Shown one piece after another: positions 1-8,022 of a DNA stretch of 9,957 nt. This stretch comes from Octopus sinensis (lineage: Eukaryota), in NCBI RefSeq assembly GCF_006345805.1, contig NW_021827776.1, forward strand, positions 1 through 9,957, given 5' to 3'. A program made the position numbers and the translations under genes. Within the stretch, counting starts at the first letter, position 1, and each line of letters begins with the position of its first letter. The notes below the pieces were generated by a model. The model was not told where the DNA came from. It did no database searches and was given only the letters and a program-made list of their open reading frames with translations.

Positions 1-340
1 ACACTCTCCATCGCATATACACACTCCGACATTACTTTTCGCACGTACACAAAATACATTTGAGCACCCACGAAAATACAAAGACAGGCTCACACATACA
101 CACACACACAGAGACACACGCATATGTATATGTGTCAGCAGCAACACTTATAGATTCAGTCACACGCTCAATATGGCCGGCGGAGACACGTGATTGAAAT
201 TTAAGCCAGACAATTCACACCTTGACGTAAAATTAGATGAAATATAAAAAAGAATCAAACTTATCCGACTGAAAAATAATTGCTGGAACAAAAGCGGTCG
301 TCTGCTCAGTTTCATAAAATAAAGCAGACGATGTACAAGA

Positions 341-725
341 CACATGCATACAAACAAACATGCACACACACACACTTGCATGCATGGAAGTACGCACACA
401 CACACACGAACACACGAACACACACATATATTTAGATTTATGAATATGGAGATATATCTATCCATATTGTTATATATGTGTGTGTATATGTGTGTGTATG
501 AGTTTATATGGTTGTGTAAGCATTAGCATATACACATATAAATATGTTTGTGTACATATATGTGTGCATGTGTGTGCGTACTTATGTCAGTATATATGTA
601 TATACATACATGAATACATATATGTATATATAGTGAGAGAGGCATAGATAGACAGACACATATACACACCTCCATATATATGTACACTCACACGCACACA
701 CACACACACATATATATACATAAAT
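341..725. repeat. Compound dinucleotide microsatellite (CA/TA/TG), imperfect
   Basis: Interleaved (CA)n, (TA)n and (TG)n runs read directly; boundaries approximate. Confidence 0.85.
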
Positions 726-730
726 ATACA

Positions 731-1170
731 TTCTTTTATACTTTTACTTGTTTCAGTCATTTGATTGTGGCCATTCTGGAGCACCACCTTTAGTCGAGCA
801 AATCAACCCCAAGACTTATTCTTTGTAAGCCTAGTACTCATTCTATAGTCTCTTTTGCCGAACCACTAAGTTACGGGGACGTAAACACACCAACATCGGT
901 TATCAAGTGCTGGTTGGTGGAGACAAACACAGATATAGAAACATACACACAAACACATATATAAATATATACATATGAGTTGTTTTATATATATATATAT
1001 ATATATATACATACGTATATACATATATATATATACAACGGGCTTCTTTTAGATTCTGTCTACCAGTTCCACTCACAAAGCTTTGATCGGCCCGAGGCTA
1101 AAGTAGAAGACACTTGACCAAGTTACCATACGGTGGGACTGAACCCGGAACCATGTGGTTGAGAAACAGC
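731..1170 (-). mobile_element. tRNA-derived SINE family A, copy A1 (5'-truncated, lacks A box)
   Basis: Collinear with A2 and with the reverse complement of A3. A-rich tail at ~731-750, body 751-930, internal TA/CA microsatellite ~930-1035, B box (GGTTCAGTCCC on minus, 1135-1145). Similarity stops at ~1170, before the A box. Confidence 0.9.
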
Positions 1171-1202
1171 AACATGATAGGTAAACATTGTTTAATGTTC
1201 GC

Positions 1203-1601
1203 AGTATAAAAATTGGTGTTACTATGAGTTTCTTGCAGTGAAACTCCTGTCTAAGACGTTTTTAATGACTTGCTGTGTGTCTCAGAGCAATCTCCGGACT
1301 CTGAACACATGGTCTGTTCTATACGAACATCAGGACGTTGGTACATGAGAAATCAGGAGAAAAACGAAAAGTGAGAAAGGTTGGTGTAAAAAGTGAAAGC
1401 CTGTGTAGAAATGGAAAAGGGAAAGAAAATATAAAAGAATAATTAGAGACAAGAAACGAAAAGAAAGGACCAGCGTACTTATTTTTAAATAGAAAAGACC
1501 ATGTGATCAGAGCCAGGAGACTGCGCGGAAACTCAAGGCGTATTATAAAAACCTGCCTAAACAGGTGTCTCGAAACTATTAGTAGCACTAATCTTCATAT
1601 T
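1203..1601. repeat. Long imperfect inverted repeat (arms 1203-1344 and 1467-1601, 122-bp purine-rich spacer)
   Basis: Hand alignment of the left-arm reverse complement to the right arm gives 97/135 identities with one 7-nt indel (1233-1239). Blocks: 14/22, 60/83, 23/30. Confidence 0.85.
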
Positions 1602-1609
1602 ATGTACAC

Positions 1610-2024
1610 TCTCTCTTTAACTCTTTTACTTGTTTCAGTCATTTGACTGCGGCCATGCTGGAGCACCGCCTTTAATCGAGCAACTCGAGCCCGGGACTTA
1701 TTCTTTTGTAAGCCCAGTACTTATTCTATCGGTCTCTTTTGCCGAACCGCTAAGCAACGGGGACATAAACACACCAGCATCGGTTGTCAAGCATGCTAGG
1801 GGGACAAACACAGACACACAAACACACACAGCCATACCATATATATATACATATATACGACCAGGCTTCTTTCTTTCAGTTCCGTCTACCAAATCCACTC
1901 ACAAGGCTTTGGTCGGCCCGAGGCTAGAGCAGTAGATACCTTCCCAAGGTGCCACGCAGTGGGACTGAACCCGGAACCATGTGGTTGGCAAACAAGCTAC
2001 TTACCACACAGCCACTCCTGTGCC
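1610..2024 (-). mobile_element. tRNA-derived SINE family A, copy A2 (full length)
   Basis: Head GGCACAGGAGTGGCTGTGTGG on minus from 2024; A box-like TGGCTGTGTGG (2004-2014); B box GGTTCAGTCCC (1961-1971); short internal microsatellite ~1811-1857; tail GTAAAAGAGTTAAAGAGAGAG. Collinear with A1 and A3. Confidence 0.92.
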
Positions 2025-2454
2025 TATACTGAGTGATAAATGGATGCTGAAATGGGAAGGTCTCCAGCCACATTCCACATCCTGGTATTTTTCTCCGAAC
2101 CACATTTTAGATTTTTAATTCACCCGAAGAAAACTGTCTTTTCACGACAGAATTGAATTATTCAATAACACCAACGCGTCTGAACCATTTGCAGTGAACC
2201 TTTAATCCATTTGTGTTCTTATTTTACATATGAACTCATATATTCATGTATGTATATTACTTTTGAAATTACGCGAAATCAGTATGAAGCTTGATAGAGA
2301 ATATTAGTAATCGTGTAAAAAATCGAATTAGGTATAAAACCGGTTGGATAAGATCTATTGGTATTTTTCTATAATTTTTATTTGTATGTCATGAGCTGAC
2401 GTCAGCTGACATATTTTGAAATCAGATACGCCCAAGCGCATTTTTAGTTTTCTC

Positions 2455-2779
2455 ATATATTAATATATATATATATTATATATATATATATATAGATATA
2501 TATATTATATATAATATATATATATGTTATATGTATATATATATATAATATATATATATATACATTATATGATATACTATATATATATTACATATATAAT
2601 ATTATATATATATATTATATATACACATATATATATAGGTGTGTGTGTGTGTGGTATACATACATAAATATATATATATAATATATATATACATTTATAT
2701 TATATCCATTTATTATAGATATATATATGTATATGTGTGTGTATATATTATATATATATATGTGTGTGTGTATGTGTGT
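2455..2779. repeat. Imperfect (TA)n/(TG)n microsatellite
   Basis: Read directly from the sequence. Confidence 0.9.
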
Positions 2780-3039
2780 TGTCATACTAACGGATTGTCA
2801 TATTTTGCCAATCAAAAACAAGGCACTATATTTTTTGTCATCACTTCAACTTTTGTCAACGTTCTTTCGGATACATGCGCGCGCACACATACGCATAAAC
2901 ACACACACATATATACATTTATATATATTTATATAAAACCCACCTTCTTTCCTTCTTTCCTGAGCGTCCAATAATACTATATTCGTTCCACGTCCTCGCG
3001 TTGTTGTGTTTTCTCTTTGTGTTTTCATGTTTGGATTAA

Positions 3040-3195
3040 CTTTATATATATACGTTCATATATTACATAGTGTACATATACATATATACGTACATACAGA
3101 CACATAAACAAACAAGCATACACACATACATACATTTATACATACATATATACGAGTATATATACTTATTTATTTACATATATATACATACATAT
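3040..3195. repeat. Imperfect (TA)n/(TACA)n microsatellite
   Basis: Read directly from the sequence; boundaries approximate. Confidence 0.8.
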
Positions 3196-3400
3196 AGATG
3201 CAGCACCGATTTTTGTCAGTGAACAGGTCGCGGATTTTAGCGACGAAAATATTTTGACAAATTAAACTTAAATGTTGAAGTGAATCGAACGGCTTTTGTG
3301 TGTTTCTTAAATGGCTTACAACACACCTTCCACGCTGCATTGTTTTCGTTTCAGCACACGATCTCAGATCAATTACTGCTATGCTGGCGTACCATCTCCC
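3196..3400 (+). mobile_element. Candidate terminal-repeat fragment of a Penelope-like or retrozyme-type element carrying the hammerhead-like motif
   Basis: A ~200-bp complex, CpG-containing island between TA microsatellites that contains a minimal type I hammerhead-like fold, an architecture known from Penelope-like element termini. The family assignment is inference only. Confidence 0.4.
3212..3261 (+). ncRNA. Minimal type I hammerhead ribozyme-like motif, G3-C8 variant
   Basis: Stem I TTTGTCA (3212-3218)/TGACAAA (3255-3261), 7 perfect pairs. Core GTGAACA (3219-3225) in place of CTGANGA, then an extra G3226. Stem II GTCGC (3227-3231)/GCGAC (3240-3244). GAAA at 3245-3248. Palindromic stem III within AAAATATTTT (3246-3255). 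Predicted cleavage after U3254. Confidence 0.65.
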
Positions 3401-3720
3401 TATATATTATACATATATATAGAACAAACAAATGCAAGGTCATCCCCATAACTATGAATTACATATATATTATATAGATATAATATAATAATATATATAA
3501 ACAACCGATAAGGGTGAGAAAATTGGGTACTAATTTAATAGCACGTCCATTTACCACCAAGTGGTTTAGTGCATAAAAAACCCGGATTACGACACATTTT
3601 ATACATAAATATAAGAGAGTGACCACAATGTGGTCTACTCTAGCACTAAAAATAGATCCGCGAGGTTTCATTGCATACATATATTACATACTGTACATAT
3701 ATACATACAGGCACACGTAC

Positions 3721-3838
3721 ACTGCTGGTAAGAGGAACTGCTCCTACAGAAACTTCGAATCCCATAGCAAATTCATAAAAATAAGCACGCCGCCATTGTG
3801 TGTTGTTATATACTTCGCAGAGAGACTGTAAAAGGAAG
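3721..3838 (-). promoter_or_regulatory. Candidate transcription start and first exon (pyrimidine-rich initiator, YY1-like ATGGCGGC, possible donor)
   Basis: Minus strand: CTTCCTTTT (3838-3830, TCT/TOP-like); cacaATGGCGGCG with A at -3 and G at +4 (ATG 3796-3794); GTACGT donor-like site at 3720-3715; set in a CpG-rich island. The ATG frame has a TGA at codon 8, so the call is tentative. Confidence 0.3.
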
Positions 3839-3857
3839 TTTTGACGAAAACGTTCTC

Positions 3858-3950
3858 GACGGACGCAACGGACGCGACGGACGGCAACAGACGGCGACGG
3901 ACGGCAACGGACGGCGACGGACGGCAACGGGCGGCGACGGACGGCGACAG
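3858..3950 (+). repeat. CpG-rich minisatellite, 10-bp unit RACGGACGGC with 20-bp higher-order period
   Basis: Units: gacggacgc, aacggacgc, gacggacggc, aacagacggc, gacggacggc, aacggacggc, gacggacggc, aacgggcggc, gacggacggc, gacag. Confidence 0.95.
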
Positions 3951-4350
3951 TCGAAGTGACCGCATCAAGTGATGAAATCATTTCATCGTTAAACTCTTGA
4001 TTGGTACAACATACTTAGAGCTAGTTTGAAAATCGCTACAGACACACAGGAGACGTCGGGGTTAGGTATGGCGATACATTATACCTTTAATCTCATATAA
4101 GTAAAAGATAAAACTTTAAATATTTATATCTATGTTTGTCTCTTCATTTTTTTTTTAACTTTTTTTGTTTTTAATGAGACGAATGAAACCAGACGTTTCC
4201 CGTGAGCATCAATCAATTCTACTCCCCATCGCTGGAGGTCGCAAAATCGTCGGAAGATAACGGAAGATAAGCGAAGCCGTTCCGATATCCAGACGTCGAT
4301 GTCTAATTAAGTGAATGTCCCGTAGCTAAGGTTGTTTTTAAACCACGAAA

Positions 4351-4419
4351 CATATTTACATATAATACATACACATATACGTACATAATTATAATATGTA
4401 GATGTGTTATATTATATAT

Positions 4420-4450
<31 letters not shown>

Positions 4451-4625
4451 TACATGTATTATATATAATACATAGATATTTATATATATATATATATATA
4501 CATAATATATACACAATATGTATGTATTATATATATATATATAGATATACACAGATGTATATATATATATACATAGATTGTGTTATATATATATATATAT
4601 ATACATGGATATGTATATACACATC

Positions 4626-4676
<51 letters not shown>

Positions 4677-5060
4677 ATATATATATATTATTATAAGACC
4701 TAGATGTATATATATACACACCCATACACAATATATATATATATACACACACAGAAGGCTAGATAGAGATAGATAGATAGATAGATAGATAGATCTTACA
4801 CACACACAAGGATATATATAAGCATACACACCCACAAAAGTAATTCGTGTGTGTGTGCGCATATGTGTAAAAATATAAATATACACACATATTTGTAGAG
4901 GCATATGAAAACTAGGCAAATCGACTTAGTTACGAAAGTATATAAATACCTAAAGACACTAAAAGCACACACACACACTTCCATGTACCGTGTACGCTCA
5001 CGCACACACACACATACACACATATATACATACAACACACACACAAAATAATATATATAT
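4351..5060. repeat. Extended (TA)n/(CA)n low-complexity region including (AGAT)n at 4761-4794
   Basis: Read directly from the sequence; includes short complex interruptions. Confidence 0.85.
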
Positions 5061-5384
5061 TTGCTTAATGACAACCCTTTTGTGGTCTGAGGCTTTCGCA
5101 AAATATTAGCTTTATTCTAAAGCATAATTAGTGTCAGGGGTGAAGAAAATATGGAGGAGCTTCCCTTGCGAGGATAACCGTCTCAAAAGTATATCCCCTC
5201 TTTAATAAATATTCATGAAAGGAATGAAACCTGGATGTCAACGGACAATCCAGCTGAATAGATTTGTCTGACAAGCAGCGTTTCTTTGTATAATCTTTAA
5301 CCGGAGTTGTGACAACTCAGGTCAATGCAGATTAATTACTCTTGTTTAATTTGAGTCAATTTATTAAGGATACTTCAGCAGATA

Positions 5385-5551
5385 GGCGTAGGAGTGGCTG
5401 TGTGGTAAGTAGCTTGCTTACCAACCACATAGTTACGGGTTCAGTCCCACTGCGTGGCACCTTGTGTAAGTGTCTTCTACTATAGCCTCGGGCCGACCAA
5501 AGCCTTGTGAATGGATTTGGTAGACGGAAACTGAAAGAAGCCCGTCGTATA

Positions 5552-5602
<51 letters not shown>

Positions 5603-5631
5603 CGTGCGTGCGTGTGTGTGTGTGTGTGTGT

Positions 5632-5666
<35 letters not shown>

Positions 5667-5868
5667 TTTCTGTGTTTGTCCCCCTAACATTGCTTAAGAA
5701 CCGATGCTGGTGTGTTTACGTCCCCGTAATTTAGCGGTTCGGCAAAAGAGACCGATAGAATAAGTACTAGGCTTACAAAGAACAATTCCTGGAGTCGATT
5801 TGTTCGACTAAAGGCAGTGCTCCAGCATGGTCACAGTCAAATGACTGAAACAAGTAAAAAAGGAAAAG
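5385..5868 (+). mobile_element. tRNA-derived SINE family A, copy A3 (full length)
   Basis: Head GGCGTAGGAG; A box-like TGGCTGTGTGG (5395-5405); B box GGTTCAGTCCC (5438-5448); internal TA/GT microsatellite 5548-5664; 3' body 5671-5850; A-rich tail. Roughly 85-90% identical by eye to the reverse complement of A2. Confidence 0.93.
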
Positions 5869-5870
5869 AT

Positions 5871-6045
5871 ATAGACACGGGGATGGTTGTGTGGTTAAGA
5901 AGCTCCCTTTACACCCTCTCGGTTTTGTGTTCGGTCTCACTGCGCAGCTTCCTTGGTAAGCGTCTTCACAAAGCATTTCTCACGAGCAACAAATGTCTTA
6001 TGAATGAATTTTGCTGACGAAATCTGGATGGAAGACCGTGTTTAT
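5871..6045 (+). mobile_element. Older diverged SINE of family A type, copy A4 (5' half only)
   Basis: A box-like TGGTTGTGTGG (5884-5894); B box-like TGTTCGGTCTC (5928-5938); ACTGCGCAGCTTCCTTGGTAAGCGTCTTC and GAATGAATTTTGCTGACGAAATCTG align to A3 positions 5449-5535. Followed by GT microsatellite; no recognisable 3' body. Confidence 0.75.
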
Positions 6046-6066
6046 GTATCCCCCACGTATATATTT

Positions 6067-6409
6067 GTGTGTAAGAGAGAGAGAGAGAGTGTGTGTGTGT
6101 GTGTGTGCGTGTGTGTGTGTGTGTGGTGTGTGTGTGTGTATGTGTGTGTGTGGTGGTGTGTATGTGTGTTGTGTGTGCGGGTGTGTGTGTGTGCGTGTGG
6201 TGTGTGTGTGTGTGTGTATGTGTGTGGTGTGCGTGTGTGTGGTGTGTGTGTGTGTGTATGTGTGTGTGGTGTGTGTGTGTGTGGTGTGTGTGTGTGTGTG
6301 TGTGGTGTGTGTTGTGTGTGTGTGTGCGTGTTGTGTGGTGCGTGTGTTATGTGTGGTGGTGTTGTGTGTGTGTATGTGTGTGTGTGTGTGTCGTGTGTGT
6401 GTGTGTGCG

Positions 6410-6442
<33 letters not shown>

Positions 6443-6519
6443 TGTGTGTGCGTGTGTGTGTGTGTGCGTGTGTGTATGTGTGCGTGTGTGTATGTGTGCG
6501 TGCGTGCGTGTGTGTGTGT
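6067..6519. repeat. Long imperfect (GT)n microsatellite with a (GA)n patch
   Basis: Read directly; lies where A4's internal microsatellite would be. Confidence 0.95.
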
Positions 6520-6621
6520 TGCGTTTATTCGTTTGCATCTAGTTTTCCTGTTAAATAAAGTTTAAAAATTGAGAACGAAAACAAAAGTTTATCTTCGTTA
6601 GCAAAAACGTATGAGAAGACG

Positions 6622-6989
6622 GAAGAAGAACAACAACAACAAGAACAAGATGAAGAAGATAAAGAAGAAGATGAAGAGAAAGATGAAGAACAACCACAAC
6701 AACAACAACGACAACAACAACAACAACGACAACAACAACAACAACGAGGCGGAGGAGGGGGAGGAGGAGGAGGATGAGTGGGAGGTAACAAATAAGAAGA
6801 GGGAGGCGGGAAGAAAGAAGAAGGAGGAGGAGGAAACAAGGAAGAAGGAGGAAACAAAGTAGTAGTAGTAGTAGTAGTAGTAGAAGAAGAAGAAGAAGAA
6901 GAAGAAGAAGAAGAAGGAAAGAAGGAAAAATGGAAGAAAAAGAACAATAACAAGAACTAGGACATGAACAAGGAGAAAGAAGAAGCAGC

Positions 6990-7042
<53 letters not shown>

Positions 7043-7043
7043 C

Positions 7044-7077
<34 letters not shown>

Positions 7078-7112
7078 AACAGCAGCAACAACAACAGCAG
7101 CACCAGCAGCAG
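6622..7112. repeat. Compound trinucleotide array: AAG/AAC/GAC/GAG, then AGT, AAG, CAG, TAG
   Basis: Read directly from the sequence. Confidence 0.95.
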
Positions 7113-7324
7113 GAATCGATGGCGACGACTTCGACGAGTATTGAAAGAAGAATAAGCCAAGTTTCATTCGTAGGAAAGCTGCTGGTTTTTCTCTTCCGAG
7201 TCCAGAGGTTTAAGGTTGGAGGTTTAATGTTATCCGGGTTGATATCCACTTAAGTGCCCTGTCGCTCTACCAAAGTAGCCGCTCGAAAATATCTTCGCTT
7301 CTCTTGATTGTCTGTGCTTTATAT

Positions 7325-7355
7325 TTTATTTATTTATTTATTTATCTATTTATTA

Positions 7356-7386
<31 letters not shown>

Positions 7387-7399
7387 CATTATTATTATT
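7325..7399. repeat. (TTTA)n followed by (TTA)n
   Basis: Read directly from the sequence. Confidence 0.95.
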
Positions 7400-7472
7400 C
7401 AAAGTAATTTCCCTGATGGTACTTTAGAAATTCGCATAGGGGGTTTAGAAGTTGCTGCTTTGGACAACGCTG

Positions 7473-7521
<49 letters not shown>

Positions 7522-7624
7522 TAGTAGTAGTAGTAGTAGTAGTAGTGTAGTAGTAGTAGTAGTAGTAGTGGTAGTAGTAGTAGTAGTGGTAGTAGTGGTA
7601 GTGGTGGTTGTGGTGGTGGTGGTA
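7473..7624. repeat. (GTA)n/(GTG)n trinucleotide array
   Basis: Read directly from the sequence. Confidence 0.95.
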
Positions 7625-7671
7625 ATTGTAGAAAAAGCAGATGAATTAGGTTGAAGACAAAAAGATTAGTT

Positions 7672-7798
7672 GAAGAGAAGAAGAAGAAGAAGAAGAAGAA
7701 GAAGAAGAAGAAGAAGAAGAAGAAGAAGAAGAAGAAGAAGAATAACAACAACAACAAGGTGATGATGATGATGAGGAGGAGGAGGAGGAGGAGGAGGA
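7672..7798. repeat. (GAA)n, then (CAA)/(GAT)/(GAG) trinucleotide array
   Basis: Read directly from the sequence. Confidence 0.95.
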
Positions 7799-7925
7799 AA
7801 TACACCATGATGGTTGAGGAAACTGCAGTGGTTTTGGATTTGGCGGTAAGGATGTGGTGAAGTCGGGATTGTTATGCAGAAATGATCGCTTCAGTAATGA
7901 TCTTTTGCTGGACAACACCCACGAG

Positions 7926-7934
7926 AATAACAAT

Positions 7935-7965
<31 letters not shown>

Positions 7966-7967
7966 AC

Positions 7968-8019
<52 letters not shown>

Positions 8020-8022
8020 GTA
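7926..8022. repeat. (AAC)n followed by (AAT)17 (7968-8018)
   Basis: Read directly from the sequence. Confidence 0.95.

Noticed and set aside
298-331. Short inverted repeats such as TCGTCTGC/GCAGACGA here and GAGTTGT-g-ACAACTC at 5304-5318
   Set aside because: Arms of 7-8 bp are expected by chance in 10 kb.
1493-1564. Possible 72-nt in-frame exon (KRPCDQSQETARKLKAYYKNLPKQ) between TAG and GTGTCT
   Set aside because: Weak donor and short pyrimidine tract. It lies in the inverted-repeat arm, and the homologous frame in the other arm has a stop with no codon-like conservation pattern.
1600-2035. Target-site duplications around full-length SINEs A2 and A3
   Set aside because: Only 3-4-bp partial matches were found, so no TSD is claimed.
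2040-2230. Faint resemblance to mariner/Tc1 transposase motifs (DGAPAH, DLNP)
   Set aside because: Requires several assumed indels; not distinguishable from chance without a profile search.
3173-3399. Open minus-strand frame (RWYASIAVIDLRSCAETKTMQRGR...) phase-compatible with the 3721 donor
   Set aside because: The acceptor lacks a pyrimidine tract, the peptide resembles nothing I recognise, phase match has a 1-in-3 chance, and the segment is better explained as the antisense of the hammerhead-bearing element.
3858-3950. CRISPR-like array
   Set aside because: Contiguous tandem units with no unique spacers, no cas genes, and a eukaryotic context.
4185-4215. Minus-strand TTGATGC...GAAACGTC, hammerhead- or Penelope-like words
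   Set aside because: No stem II or stem I pairing, and A9 is absent.
5385-5460. tRNA gene calls at the SINE heads
   Set aside because: A and B boxes are present but no full cloverleaf can be folded, and the heads continue into shared SINE body sequence.
6004-6565. Long CV/VC-rich ORFs, and similar IY/HT-rich ORFs at 160-787, 2639-3028 and 4402-5101
   Set aside because: Translations of dinucleotide microsatellites that happen to lack stops; no domain content.
7254-7300. AGTG...GTCGC...GAAAATAT, loosely resembling the 3218-3254 hammerhead motif
   Set aside because: The core nucleotides and stems I and II cannot be formed; similarity is too weak.
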